A DNA stretch of 64,000 nt from Thermoplasmatota archaeon (GCA_041601615.1 JBFIHX010000003.1:96001-160000); one strand, 5' to 3'. Positions 51,332 to 61,926 are shown, counted from the stretch's first letter. The notes: generated by a model from the letters alone, not told the origin. Program-made: numbers and translations.

Positions 51332-52204
51332 ATGAAACCTTGGGCAATTTGGTTAATTGTACCGTTGATGTCTGGCTGCGTTGATGGATCCGACGAACAA
51401 AATGATGCGGGCCTTTTGAATTCGAAGGGGGATTCGAATTTGTTTGGAACGGCCATCAATGGAACAATGTGGGAAACTACTTTGGAAGGTCCAATGTCGA
51501 TTCTTTGGAAGTTCGAAGGGGACGGATTTTGTATCGTTCGGTTGAGTGCGTCTGGTCCTGGCGAGCTTGAAAAGCCGGCCATGATTGGCTACAACAATGG
51601 AGACTCCTGGAGATTTATATCTGGCACATTAATGTACAATAAGGCTAGGGTGGCAGACGTTGAGGTCGAAGATGACATTTTTCCCTTTACAAGCCCCCCC
51701 TACAGCTACGATACTTTGTCGCTAACTCTACGTGCTTCTGATTTACAGCTTTTTGTTTCAACAACCGATGCACATCCGGTCGATGGGTTGCAGGGTGCAT
51801 CCATCCACCTCATGTACCTGTGCGACGACAACGTTCGATTGGTTGGCGTTGAAGCCGGAAGGACCATGGTATATTGGGCGGGAGACACGGTGTCCGGCGA
51901 CTACGTGGTCGTTGGGGGTTCTGTGGCGGCGCATATCGCGGACGTTACGCAGACATTCGAGGCGCCGCAGGTTTTGCTCATAAGTGAAGAGCGAAGCGCC
52001 TCCTATGTCGGCACCGTCACATTGAACCACCCAACTGGAACAAAGACATTCGACTTGCCCACCGAACCAGTCCGCTTTGCAGGCGGACCCGGAGAATACC
52101 GGATGACCATGCAGCGGGCGGGGGTTTCAACCCCGATTATGCCCATTGCCCTGGTGGGACTGTACCCGCTCGAAAGCATGGATGAACTGGCGCTCCTCCG
52201 CTAG
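51332..52204 (+). CDS. hypothetical lipoprotein
   Basis: LMSGC lipobox; lower GC than flanks. Confidence 0.7.
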   Translation: MKPWAIWLIVPLMSGCVDGSDEQNDAGLLNSKGDSNLFGTAINGTMWETTLEGPMSILWKFEGDGFCIVRLSASGPGELEKPAMIGYNNGDSWRFISGTLMYNKARVADVEVEDDIFPFTSPPYSYDTLSLTLRASDLQLFVSTTDAHPVDGLQGASIHLMYLCDDNVRLVGVEAGRTMVYWAGDTVSGDYVVVGGSVAAHIADVTQTFEAPQVLLISEERSASYVGTVTLNHPTGTKTFDLPTEPVRFAGGPGEYRMTMQRAGVSTPIMPIALVGLYPLESMDELALLR

Positions 52205-52228
52205 TGGCGGTGCTCCAGGAATCGCCCG

Positions 52229-53233
52229 CTACTCCTCGCAAGCACCCTGACTATCGCCGTGGTTCTCGTGCCCTGCGCGTGCGTGGTCGTTGACGGTCAT
52301 GGTTTTCTCGCCTGCTTGGCCGGGGCGGTGGCAGATGAGGTATTCGTCGGGGACCTGGCTGAGCCAATCGTCGCCATAGCCGGGGCCCCCGAGGCTTGCG
52401 TCTAGGGTCGGGTGTCCGCTTTCGTGGCAGTATGCGACGCGGTCGGTGGTTGTGTCGCTGCCGTTGTTGCCTTCGATGAGTCCGTTGGCGACGGCGTTGG
52501 CTTCGCTGAGGATCTTGGCTTCGGCGGCGGCAAACGCGATGGGGTCGCTGTCGGTGTCGGCGAGAAGTTGGGCGTTGGTCCAGGCGTTTTCTCTCCAGCT
52601 GATGAGGAGTTCCACGACGGGGTAGTCCATGGGGCCAACGCCGTCGCTGTCGCGGGCTTGGCTGGGGTCGTAGCGAGCACCAAGTTCGTCGCCGATCGGG
52701 ACGATGACGTTCCAGAAGGCGTCGTTGACGCGGTCGTATTCGTCTTTGAGACCGGCTTGCGGTAGGCCCATGTCGTAGGCGCTGTAGGCGAGGTCATAGT
52801 TGACGTGGGCGCTCATGCCGAGTAGGAGGTCTTCGGTGACGGTGCTGGTGCCGGTTTCGGCGTGTTGGAACGCTTTTTGCCAGGGTTCTGGGACGCTTCC
52901 GGTGCCGTCGTGGTGGGCATCGTAGGCGTCGAAGTAGCGTTGGGCGAAGTTCATGTCCCAGTCGACGAGGAATGGGTTGTCTTCGAAGTGGCTGGCGGCG
53001 ACGAGGTCGCCTACTTTGGCGGTGGTGATGAGGTAGAGGAGTCCGAAGATGGCGTCGGGGTCGCATTGTTGGTCGATGGCGGCCCAGCGTGCGTGCATTT
53101 CGGTCCCGACGTTGATGTAGTTGTCCAGGTCGCTTTGGGCGGCGTGGATGGGTTCGTCGGCTGCGCCTGGAGAGTTGAGGCTCTCAATGCTGCCGGCTAG
53201 TAAGACGGAGATTGCGATGATCACCCAGCGCAT
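52229..53233 (-). CDS. secreted DUF5995-like protein with C-terminal ICH...H..HGD..G.C motif
   Basis: FAQRYF.AY, VPEPW..AF, DLLLGMSAHVNYDL, YDRVN. Confidence 0.7.
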   Translation of the reverse strand: MRWVIIAISVLLAGSIESLNSPGAADEPIHAAQSDLDNYINVGTEMHARWAAIDQQCDPDAIFGLLYLITTAKVGDLVAASHFEDNPFLVDWDMNFAQRYFDAYDAHHDGTGSVPEPWQKAFQHAETGTSTVTEDLLLGMSAHVNYDLAYSAYDMGLPQAGLKDEYDRVNDAFWNVIVPIGDELGARYDPSQARDSDGVGPMDYPVVELLISWRENAWTNAQLLADTDSDPIAFAAAEAKILSEANAVANGLIEGNNGSDTTTDRVAYCHESGHPTLDASLGGPGYGDDWLSQVPDEYLICHRPGQAGEKTMTVNDHARAGHENHGDSQGACEE

Positions 53234-53363
53234 AGTGCGGCAAATGGGCTCTGGTCCTTCAATGCTTGCGTAGGGCCGATTCGGACTTCTGCCCCGGGCG
53301 GGGGTGGGTGGCACTGGGTTGCTTATTTTTGCCGGCGTACTGGCGGCGTTTGTGTCGGAGTCG

Positions 53364-54020
53364 ATGCAGTTGCAGAATCCGTTCCATCGAGGGGCGGAGG
53401 CGTTTTCGTTCTGGACGCATGGTATTGGGGTCTTGTTTGCGGTGGCGGGCCTTGTGTACTTGGTCGCGGCGGCCGAGGGGGCGCGGGCGGTGGCTGCGTT
53501 TGCGGTGTATGGGGTGACGCTCATCATGCTCTTGTCGGCAAGCACATTGCATCATGCGGTGCAGACGGCGCATGGTCAGGAGCGCAGCGGGTTTTTGCGT
53601 CGCTTGGATCATGTGAGCATCTATCTGTTCATTGCGGGCACCTACACGCCCGTAACGCTGCTTGCGCTGTCGCCGGGTTGGGGTTGGTCGATTTTTGGTG
53701 TGGTGTGGGGCATTGCGGTGGTGGGCATTGCGCTGAAGTTGTGGGCACCGTTTGCGCCGCGCTGGGTCACGAGCGGTGTCTACATTCTCATGGGTTGGGT
53801 GGCGGCGGTGGGCATCCAGCCGCTTTTGGTGGCGTTCCCGGTGGCGGGCTTGGCTTGGATGTTTGCCGGAGGCGTGGTGTATACGGTGGGCGCCGTGGGT
53901 TATGCGACCAAAAAACCGGATTTGTGGCCTCGCGTGGTTGGGTTTCATGGTGTGTGGCATGTGATGGTGCTCGTGGGCGCGGCGCTGCACTTTGTGTTCA
54001 TGGTGCGGTATGTGCTGTAG
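53364..54020 (+). CDS. hemolysin III / PAQR family membrane protein
   Basis: E..SFWTH, STLHH, RRLDHVSIYLFIAGTYTP, FHGVWH. Confidence 0.93.
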   Translation: MQLQNPFHRGAEAFSFWTHGIGVLFAVAGLVYLVAAAEGARAVAAFAVYGVTLIMLLSASTLHHAVQTAHGQERSGFLRRLDHVSIYLFIAGTYTPVTLLALSPGWGWSIFGVVWGIAVVGIALKLWAPFAPRWVTSGVYILMGWVAAVGIQPLLVAFPVAGLAWMFAGGVVYTVGAVGYATKKPDLWPRVVGFHGVWHVMVLVGAALHFVFMVRYVL

Positions 54021-54084
54021 CTCGCCGTGCGTCGGCCTTGCTTGATGGGCACAATCGGTCGATCCTGTTTCCGGCGGAGAGGCG

Positions 54085-54846
54085 CTATTGGATTAGGCCG
54101 TAGAGTAAGCGGGCCAGCAGTGCTACGGCGACGGCGACGAAGAGGGGCCGGACGATGCGTGCGCCGCTGCGGATGTTGAGGTGGCTGCCTGCGAAGGCTC
54201 CGGTCATGGTGGCGGCGGCCATGGTGAGGCCGAGGGTCCAGTCGATGTTGCCGACGCTGGCAAAGAAGGCGAGGGCTCCGAGGTTGCTGGCGAAGTTGAG
54301 GATGCGGCCGTGGGCGGCGGCGCGCAGGAAGGGGAATCCGTGGATGGCTACGAGTCCAAACAGCAGGAAGTTGCCGGTGCCGGGGCCCAAAAATCCGTCG
54401 TAGAAGCCGACGATGAGGGCGAGGATGGCGGTGGCGATGAGGGTGCCAGAGGTGAGGCCGGCGAATCGGTTGGTGCTGCCGAAGGTGGGTCTTGCTAGGA
54501 CGTAGGCGATGATGGCAATCATGACCACGACGACGAGGCCGACGACGATGTCGGCGTCTACTTGCAGGACGGTGATGGCGCCGAGGATGGCGGCGAGGGC
54601 GGCTACGGGGGCGGCGGTCCAGACGAGGCGGGCGTCGAGGAGGCCGGCGCGGGCGTATTGGAGGCTTGCCATGGCGCTGGCTCCGGTGCCTGCGACTTTG
54701 TTGGTGCCGACGGCGAGGTGCGCGGGCATGCCGGTGGCAAGCAGGGCGGGGAGGGTGATGATGCCGCCGCCGCCGACGATGCTGTCGATGAAGCCGGCAA
54801 GGAATCCTGCGAGGGCCAGCAGTAGCAGCAAGAGGGGGCCCTCCAC
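54085..54846 (-). CDS. TSUP (TauE/SafE) family transporter
   Basis: AGFIDSIVGGGG, GTNK, GFYDGFLGPGTG. Confidence 0.92.
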   Translation of the reverse strand: MEGPLLLLLLALAGFLAGFIDSIVGGGGIITLPALLATGMPAHLAVGTNKVAGTGASAMASLQYARAGLLDARLVWTAAPVAALAAILGAITVLQVDADIVVGLVVVVMIAIIAYVLARPTFGSTNRFAGLTSGTLIATAILALIVGFYDGFLGPGTGNFLLFGLVAIHGFPFLRAAAHGRILNFASNLGALAFFASVGNIDWTLGLTMAAATMTGAFAGSHLNIRSGARIVRPLFVAVAVALLARLLYGLIQ

Positions 54847-54896
54847 GGGGCTTGGATTTCGTGGGGGTTACAAGTTCTTGCCGAGCGGCTCCGGGG

Positions 54897-57188
54897 TCAT
54901 TCGGGCGTGGAGATGATGTCGGGTTTGGCTTCGGGCACGCCCGCCGCCACGACCTTTGCCCGTTCCAGTTGCAGGGGTGTTCCGAGCAGGATGAGCGTGT
55001 CGCCGGCTTGCAGTTCCATGTCGGCTCGGAAGGGTTGCGGGTGGGGGTTGGTGCCGCGCCAGACGCCGACGACGAGGGTGCCGGTGCGGGCTTTGATGCC
55101 GGCGGCGCCGAGGTTTTGTCCGACCCAGTCGCTGTCGGGGGCGAGTTTCAGTTCAGCGATGCCGGCGGTGACGCTTTGGGCGCTCATGCGGACTGCTTCG
55201 CCGTGGGCTACGACGAATGCTTCGGCGCGGGCTAGTTGGTGTACGTCGCCAAGCAGGACGAGTGTGTCGCCGACTTTGACGCGTTCGTCTGGGCCGGGGT
55301 TGACGGTTTCGTGGCGGCCGCGTTGCAGTACGGCTACGGTGGCGCCGGTGAGTTGGGTGAGGCGGCTTTCTTTGAGGGTCCGGCCGGTGAGTGGGCTGCC
55401 GGGGGGTACGCTGACGGCGATGAATCGGACGCCCCAGGGGTACTTGGAGAGCACTTGGTCGAGGAATTTGGCGGTCTCTACGTCTTGGCCCAGCACGCGG
55501 CCGAGGGTGGTTTCGAGGGTTTGGTGGAACCGGGAGAGGCGGCGCCAGGCGAGTACGAGGACGACGAGGGCGATGAGGCCGGCGCCGGCAAGCACCGGGA
55601 GGGCTTGGGGCAGGCGCAGGCTGACGAGCACCAGTACGAGGAATGCGGAGAGGGCGACCCAGGCGTCGACGAGGCGGACGCGGACCTTTCCTGCTCCTTC
55701 GCGTTCGCCGGGGCGTAGTCCGACGAGGCTCCAGACGAGGTCTCGGTAGGCGCGGTAGGCGCCGAGGGCGAGGGGTGCGGCGATGACGAGGGTGGCGCCG
55801 AGCCAAATGGCGGTGCTGGTGAAGGCGGGGGTGGATGCGGCGCCGGGTAGGCGCACGAGGGGGCGCAGCCAGGCGGAGAGCAGGGAGAGGCCGACGATGA
55901 GGACGGCGTTGGCGGCGAGGGTTCTCAGGGCGGCGCGTCGCACGCCGGTTCCGTCGTTGTCGCGTGGGCCGCGGCGGAGGCCGGCCAGGAGCCAACTGAT
56001 GGGTTTGCGCACTCGACGGGGCAGTCGCCAGACGGATCGTTCGATTGCGGGGGTGGATCGCATCAGGATGGCGGCGATGGGGAGGAGGATGACCATGGCG
56101 CCGATGACGACGGCGCGTAGTTGTGGGTGGGCGATGCCTTGTTTTTCGGAGACTGCGACTAGGATGAGGCTGAATTCGCCGACGGCGCCGAGGGCGAAGG
56201 CGGTGTGGAGTGATCCGCGCAGGGGCAGGCCTGCGGTGAGGGCGGCGGGGACGTGGACGAGGAATTTGCTGACGAGGAACACCAGTGCGACTGGTAGGGC
56301 GATGAGGAGTACGGATCCGAGTAGGTGTGCGTCTACGGCGAGGCCGCTGACGAAGAAGAACACGGCTGCGGCGACGTCTCGGATGCCGGTGAGGCTGTTG
56401 CGCACGACGTATCGGCTGCCGCTTTCTGCTGCGGCGACTCCGGCAAGCAGGGCGCCGAGTTCTGCGGAGCCTGCGAGGGCGCCGAGGTAGCCAAACAAGA
56501 CGACCATGCCGAGGGCCCACAAGACCAAAAGGTCGGGGACGTGTCGGCGGGCGACTTCGTCGAGCATCCTTGGGACGACGAGGAGGGCGGCCATGGTGAT
56601 GAGGATCAGCATGAGGCCGAGTCGTCCGATGGCGGTGGCGGGCCCGAGCCAGCCTCCAACTCCGCCGCCGGCCAGTACAACCAGGATGGCGATGAGGGCG
56701 GCTGCGGCCACGTCTTCACTGACAAGTACGCCGATGACTCGTTGGCGGGAGCTTGCGAGGACGCCGGGTTGGGATGCGAATCGTTCGCCAAAGAGGGTGC
56801 TGCTGACGCTGACGGCGATGCCGAGTGCGACGGCTTCGGTGAAGCCCCATCCCATGAGGCGCACGAGGGTGGCGACGGCGATGCCGGGGAGTGCGATGTC
56901 GAAGGGTGTGGTCCAGGCGGTGGATTTGAGGGCTTGGCGAAGGCGGCGCAAGTCGAGTTCGATGCCGATGAAGAACAGCAGGACGAGGACGCCCACTTCG
57001 CTGATGCCTTCGAGGGTGTGGAAGTCGAGTTCTACGAGTCCGGTGGCGCGAAGGAGGATGCCGACGGCGAGGTAGCCGAGGGCACTTGGGAGCGCCATGC
57101 GGTGGGCGAGGATGCCGCCGGCTGCGAGGGAGAGTACCAACAGTGCGGCGGTGGCCAGTTCCGCGATGGGTTTGTACACGTCTTGCAT
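54897..57188 (-). CDS. CPA2 cation:proton antiporter with two TrkA-C domains
   Basis: GVLVLLFFIGIE, SST, ED, GEFS; two C-terminal RCK_C repeats. Confidence 0.9.
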   Translation of the reverse strand: MQDVYKPIAELATAALLVLSLAAGGILAHRMALPSALGYLAVGILLRATGLVELDFHTLEGISEVGVLVLLFFIGIELDLRRLRQALKSTAWTTPFDIALPGIAVATLVRLMGWGFTEAVALGIAVSVSSTLFGERFASQPGVLASSRQRVIGVLVSEDVAAAALIAILVVLAGGGVGGWLGPATAIGRLGLMLILITMAALLVVPRMLDEVARRHVPDLLVLWALGMVVLFGYLGALAGSAELGALLAGVAAAESGSRYVVRNSLTGIRDVAAAVFFFVSGLAVDAHLLGSVLLIALPVALVFLVSKFLVHVPAALTAGLPLRGSLHTAFALGAVGEFSLILVAVSEKQGIAHPQLRAVVIGAMVILLPIAAILMRSTPAIERSVWRLPRRVRKPISWLLAGLRRGPRDNDGTGVRRAALRTLAANAVLIVGLSLLSAWLRPLVRLPGAASTPAFTSTAIWLGATLVIAAPLALGAYRAYRDLVWSLVGLRPGEREGAGKVRVRLVDAWVALSAFLVLVLVSLRLPQALPVLAGAGLIALVVLVLAWRRLSRFHQTLETTLGRVLGQDVETAKFLDQVLSKYPWGVRFIAVSVPPGSPLTGRTLKESRLTQLTGATVAVLQRGRHETVNPGPDERVKVGDTLVLLGDVHQLARAEAFVVAHGEAVRMSAQSVTAGIAELKLAPDSDWVGQNLGAAGIKARTGTLVVGVWRGTNPHPQPFRADMELQAGDTLILLGTPLQLERAKVVAAGVPEAKPDIISTPE

Positions 57189-57256
57189 GGGCTATCAGCG
57201 CTCCCATCAAGCCCGGAGACCACAAGGGCCAAGTTGGCCTCGGGGTCCTTTGCGTC

Positions 57257-58696
57257 ATGCGTGTGTGGCGGGTTGCGATTGCGGTGTCCCTGTTGGTGTC
57301 GTTGGCGGGGGCTGGTTGCTTGGATGCTGGCTCATCGTCCGACGGCCCGGCAATGGGGGCCTTGTTTGAGAGTCCGGATGATCCGATTCTTTTGGAGGGG
57401 TTTGGGCATGATCACCAGGATCCGGCCCAGCATCGTTTTGCTCGCAATGCCAGCGTGGTGTTTCATGATGATTTGATGCGGTTTGGTGGCAGCGTGGAGC
57501 AGCCGGTGGGGGCGCATGCGTTGGCGCTGCACAAGGATCGGGAGTTGCTTGCTGTAGCCGTGAACGGCGCGGAGACGGGAGATGGTCAGCAGGGTGTGCA
57601 TTTGTTTGATGTGTCGGAGCCGCAGGCACCCGTCCATCTGAGTTTTTTCAGTGCCTCTGTGGCAGTCAATGGTGATCGGACGGTGGCGTGGTCAGAGTCT
57701 GGCGATGTGTTGTTTTTGGGCTACGAGGGTGCGGGTCGGCCGGGGGTTGCGGCATTGGACGTACGCACGCCCACGAATCCGTTGCTTGTGGGTTTCTGGG
57801 ACGATCCTTTGGGTTCCGGTAGCCATACGGTTGCGGCCGGCGGCGTGGACGGGGTCCAGTATGTCTTCAGTCTCAGTTACGGTGTGACGATTTTGCAGTA
57901 CGAAAACGGCGTGTTCACGGTGGTGGGCAAGTACGTGACGCAGGATGAGTTGGCGGCTGCGGATGCGGTGTATTATGTCACGGGTGAGCAGGAGGGCAGT
58001 GCGCAGACGTACGCGGTGCGCTCGCTGTACGGGCACGACATGAATTTCTACCTGGATCCCAAGACTGGGACTCCGTTGCTGTTGGTGGCTTATGCCTACG
58101 ATGGTGCTAAGATTCTTGATTTGTCCAATCCGAGCGCTCCTGTGATGATTGGCCGTTTCATGCCGCCTCAGGATTCGGACCACAAGCACTACACGCACAG
58201 CATCACGGCCGAACGGACCCTGGATGGTGCGTTGGTTGTGGTGGTGGGGTCCGAGACGTTTGAGCCTGCCAATCAGCCGATTGCGAGTCCGGTTTGGATT
58301 TTGGACGCGACGGAGACGTTGGAGGGGTTGCCGATGCAGAACCAGCCCCTGCACCTTGGCACCTGGCGCAACCCGGGCGGTGCGGCGGCGGGTGATCTTG
58401 GTTTGAGTGTGCATTTTTTCCGCCAGGAGGCCGGGTTGTTGTATCTGAGTCACTACCACGGAGGTGTCTGGGCCGTGGATGTTCGGACCGAGGCGGCAAG
58501 GGCGGCACCGGAGGCATTTGCGTACTTGATGCCGGTGCCTGAAGATGCAATTCGCGCTCCGGACGATTGTTGCATCGGCTTTGACCTGGACGGCGTGCCG
58601 ATGGTGTTCGATGTGGAGGTGCTGAATGGCACGGTGTTTGCGGCGGATCTGATTCAGGGTCTCGTGGTTGCCGAATTCCAGGTGCCCGAAGCGTAG
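57257..58696 (+). CDS. LVIVD-repeat lipoprotein
   Basis: AGAGC lipobox; repeated LFDVSEP, LDVRTP, ILDLSNP. Confidence 0.8.
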   Translation: MRVWRVAIAVSLLVSLAGAGCLDAGSSSDGPAMGALFESPDDPILLEGFGHDHQDPAQHRFARNASVVFHDDLMRFGGSVEQPVGAHALALHKDRELLAVAVNGAETGDGQQGVHLFDVSEPQAPVHLSFFSASVAVNGDRTVAWSESGDVLFLGYEGAGRPGVAALDVRTPTNPLLVGFWDDPLGSGSHTVAAGGVDGVQYVFSLSYGVTILQYENGVFTVVGKYVTQDELAAADAVYYVTGEQEGSAQTYAVRSLYGHDMNFYLDPKTGTPLLLVAYAYDGAKILDLSNPSAPVMIGRFMPPQDSDHKHYTHSITAERTLDGALVVVVGSETFEPANQPIASPVWILDATETLEGLPMQNQPLHLGTWRNPGGAAAGDLGLSVHFFRQEAGLLYLSHYHGGVWAVDVRTEAARAAPEAFAYLMPVPEDAIRAPDDCCIGFDLDGVPMVFDVEVLNGTVFAADLIQGLVVAEFQVPEA

Positions 58697-58701
58697 GGCG
58701 G

Positions 58702-59343
58702 CTAGTCGTGGGGCCGTTCGACGATGATCATCAGCGTGCCTTCGTGGCAGTTGATTTTGGCGCCGTCGGCGACGATTTCGTTGGAGAGGCCGCGGGCGCT
58801 GGGTTGTTCGAGGCGCAATTCGGTCGCTTCCCATTTGGTGCCAACGACGCTGAAGGTGGCGGGGCCGTCGATGGGCAGGAGGTTGAGGGTGCTGCCGGTG
58901 CGGCCGGCAAGGGCGAGTTCGCCGCCGGGGCTGAGGTAGCGGATGGATTCGCCGTGGCCGATCATCACGGCGTCGAGGCCGCGGTCGTGGCAGCGGCGAA
59001 GGAGTTTGAGGTTGGCTAGGAAGTGGCTGGTGCGGCCGCCGTGGGCGCCAAGGAACATCACGGTGTCGGGTAGCCGTTCGAGGACCTTTGCGAGCGCCAG
59101 TTCGCCGTCGGTTTCGTCCTTGCCGGCGGGATAGCGTTCGATGGGAATGTCGAGTGCTTCGGCCCACTTGTAGGCCTCCGGGTCGAGGCTGTCGAGGTCG
59201 CCCACGATCAAGTCGGGGGGTCGTTCTGCTTGCAGAAGGGATTTGGCTCCGCCGTCGGCCGCAATGACGCTGTCGCAGGCGTCGAGCAGTTTCAGCTCGT
59301 GCGGGGTGGGGGGGTCGCCAGCAAGGACGAGTCCGATGCGCAC
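58702..59343 (-). CDS. thiN: thiamine pyrophosphokinase
   Basis: IAADGGA, IVGDLDS, KDETDGELAL, GGR..H..AN, GLSN. Confidence 0.92.
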   Translation of the reverse strand: MRIGLVLAGDPPTPHELKLLDACDSVIAADGGAKSLLQAERPPDLIVGDLDSLDPEAYKWAEALDIPIERYPAGKDETDGELALAKVLERLPDTVMFLGAHGGRTSHFLANLKLLRRCHDRGLDAVMIGHGESIRYLSPGGELALAGRTGSTLNLLPIDGPATFSVVGTKWEATELRLEQPSARGLSNEIVADGAKINCHEGTLMIIVERPHD

Positions 59344-59558
59344 GAACCGGGGACTGCCGCGCCGGGTGCTTAAAGCTGGACGGGCAACGCTGATGAATGG
59401 GGCTTGCTCGGGCGGGGTCTCGAGTGAGGGTTCGGGTGGGCGTTGAGGCCGGTCCCTGGAGTTTGGTCCGGGGCGCTGCAAAGGGGGAATCGGAGCGGGG
59501 GAAAGGTGGCGGAAGGGGGTTGGATAAGGGGGGTGAGGTTGGTGTTCCGTTTCCTGTC

Positions 59559-60452
59559 CTAGATGGGCAGGCTCGTGATGGGTGCGGCGGTGCCGATGGT
59601 GACACTGGGGCCGCCATTGGCTGCGGCGTAGGCGAGGGCCTTTTGGATGGAGCCGATGCCGTTGCTGCCGGCGAGCGGAGCAATTTGCAGGGTGCTGGTT
59701 ACACCCCATGCGCAGTGGCTTGCGTTCATGTAGCCGCTGCCGGAGTCGCCGGGAATGCCGGGGCTCATCATGTAGACGTTGGTGGACCAGCCGCCGCCGG
59801 CGCTCGTGGCCGTGGTGCCGACCTTGGGCGAGAGCACGTCGATGTTGAAGCGTAGGCCGCTGTTGCCGTAGCTCATGATGTATTGTCCAATGCTGGTCGG
59901 GTTGGCGCAGAGGGCGGTGGGGCCGCCAAAGTGCAAGACGCTCGGGCTGACGCGGTAGTGGTCGCGGGAGTCGATCTTGACGAGGGCGAAGTCGTTGTAG
60001 GAACAGTCGCTGGCGGTGGGGGTGGCGCCGGGTTGTTGCATGGCGCGCCAGCTGCTGTAGGCCAAGGATCCAGCGTGGAGGGCTCCTTCGATGGAGACCG
60101 GGGTGCCTAGGGCGCGGCTGCCGGTGGTGCAGCCGTTGGTGCTGGTGGCGCCTCCGGTGCCGGCGCAGTGCGCGGCGTATCCGATGTAGATATCGAAGTC
60201 GATGGGGTTGGAGCTGGTTTGTTCGTAGTAAATGAAATTGCTCGTGCACTGGGAGCCGCTGGTGACCATTTGGACACCGGGGCGGATGGCGGCGCTGGAG
60301 ACGGAGGCCCAGTTGGGGGTTGCCGTGGGCGCATCCACGGAGGGAAGGTCTTGGAGGTCGGTTGGTTCGAAGGCGCCGACGGGGAGGCCGAGGGCGGTGG
60401 TGGCGACGAGCAACGAGAGTGCTGCGAGTAAGGTCCGAATAGATCTCATCAA
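59559..60452 (-). CDS. secreted trypsin-like (S1) serine protease
   Basis: AAHC, DFALV, GDSGS triad motifs; signal peptide. Confidence 0.88.
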   Translation of the reverse strand: MMRSIRTLLAALSLLVATTALGLPVGAFEPTDLQDLPSVDAPTATPNWASVSSAAIRPGVQMVTSGSQCTSNFIYYEQTSSNPIDFDIYIGYAAHCAGTGGATSTNGCTTGSRALGTPVSIEGALHAGSLAYSSWRAMQQPGATPTASDCSYNDFALVKIDSRDHYRVSPSVLHFGGPTALCANPTSIGQYIMSYGNSGLRFNIDVLSPKVGTTATSAGGGWSTNVYMMSPGIPGDSGSGYMNASHCAWGVTSTLQIAPLAGSNGIGSIQKALAYAAANGGPSVTIGTAAPITSLPI

Positions 60453-60578
60453 GCAATGATCGGCCCGTCTTAGTCAATGGTTTTGGAGCGTATTTCTATT
60501 GACCAAACTTGATAGATTCGATCATAAGAATGTACTCCGCGGGCTTCGCGTTGCACAATACCAAACTACATGGTACAT

Positions 60579-61415
60579 TTAGGATAGCGTCCAGCCCACC
60601 AGGCGGACTCCGCGAAGGGAGGGCTCGCGATGGACTTCGTCCAGCATTTCGTCCACGGGAACGAAGAAACTGAAATCGGCGCCCGGAATGGCAAAACTGC
60701 CTCCTTGCGACAGGATGCCTGCGGCCCGTCCGTTGGCAAGCATCAGCGGCGCGCCGCTGTCGCCCTGCATGGAGGGTGGGTCGAGGCGCACGACCAATTG
60801 ATCGCCTTCGGCAAGACCCACGGGCAGGTTGTCGCGGGTTACGAATCGACCCGACTTGACGTTGTCTGGGTCGTTTGGTTCTCGGAGGCTGCTGGCGCCG
60901 TAGGTGATGACTTCGGAGCCTGGGACCAGGGTGCTCGTGTCGGCGACTCCGGTTGGGCCGCCCCAGTATTCAACGGATGGGTGGGTGCGGTCGCGGATGC
61001 CGGCAAGATTGCGGATGGCCACGAGAGCGAAGTCGCGGCGCAGGTCCTCGCCGTCGGCCCAGCCATCGAATGCCACGTCGCCCACATGCACCATGCGACC
61101 ATTCCGGTCGGCGTAGACGTTGGCACCGAGGCCTTTGCGATCGGCGCCGGAGCCTAGGCAGTGGGCCGAGAACGACAGGTACAGGGTTGCGTTGTCGGCG
61201 GAGGCAAACAGGAAACCCGCCGTGCATTGCAAGGAGGTTCGGTCGTCCAGTGAAACGTAGAGTCTAGTCCCGGGGCGAAGGGTGGCGTCGGACTCGGAGG
61301 GCCATCCCACTTCGGGCCCAACTTCGTCGGGGCCGAACCCGAAGGATCCATCCAGGCACCCGGAAAGGGCAATCACGAGGAGGGCGGCGGCCACGGACCC
61401 GGTCCTGCGCACCAT
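60579..61415 (-). CDS. lipoprotein trypsin-like serine protease
   Basis: LSGC lipobox; SAHC, DFALV, GDSGAP. Confidence 0.85.
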   Translation of the reverse strand: MVRRTGSVAAALLVIALSGCLDGSFGFGPDEVGPEVGWPSESDATLRPGTRLYVSLDDRTSLQCTAGFLFASADNATLYLSFSAHCLGSGADRKGLGANVYADRNGRMVHVGDVAFDGWADGEDLRRDFALVAIRNLAGIRDRTHPSVEYWGGPTGVADTSTLVPGSEVITYGASSLREPNDPDNVKSGRFVTRDNLPVGLAEGDQLVVRLDPPSMQGDSGAPLMLANGRAAGILSQGGSFAIPGADFSFFVPVDEMLDEVHREPSLRGVRLVGWTLS

Positions 61416-61488
61416 CCCCACGCTGTCGCTGGGAACATAATCCTTGTCGTGAGGGTATCGAAACGAATGGCGCGGTGGAGTTCCGTAT

Positions 61489-61728
61489 TCAGGCGGTCCA
61501 CAGAGGCGCGTCGTCTGGTGTCTCGTCCAAAGCACGCAACCGCAACGCACGCGCTTCGTCGTGCTCGCGCTGGCTGCGGATAGCTGCCGCGATGAAGTCG
61601 GACCTTCCACGGTATCCAAGCCGCTTGCCGTACCGCTCCATGAAGGCATCCAGTTCCTCCACGATGTCCGTCGGCAACGACACGGGCATGGATGCCCGCT
61701 TGGCTTCCACCATGGCCCTAGGCACCAT
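61489..61728 (-). CDS. ribbon-helix-helix (CopG-like) regulator (module 3)
   Basis: PVSLPTDIVEELD...GY.GRSDFI..AIR; start 61728 or 61713. Confidence 0.8.
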   Translation of the reverse strand: MVPRAMVEAKRASMPVSLPTDIVEELDAFMERYGKRLGYRGRSDFIAAAIRSQREHDEARALRLRALDETPDDAPLWTA

Positions 61729-61884
61729 GTACTCGAATAAGAGCAAGCCGTACCAAGAGCGGCCCAGCACGACCTCCGTCGGCGTCGAACATCAAACAAC
61801 GCGTGCAATCACAAAACAAGTTGGCTTCATTTGCCCCTTCTTAGCCACGAACCTAATAACCAGACCGTGGGATTCGACAATGAT

Positions 61885-61912
61885 GTCGTGGAACGGAAAT
61901 CGCTTCCACGAC
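61885..61912. promoter_or_regulatory. 9-bp perfect inverted repeat directly upstream of the SD of module 3
   Basis: GTCGTGGAA-N10-TTCCACGAC, then GAAGGTGA and ATG 61927. Confidence 0.5.
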
Positions 61913-61926
61913 GGAAGGTGAGTCAC

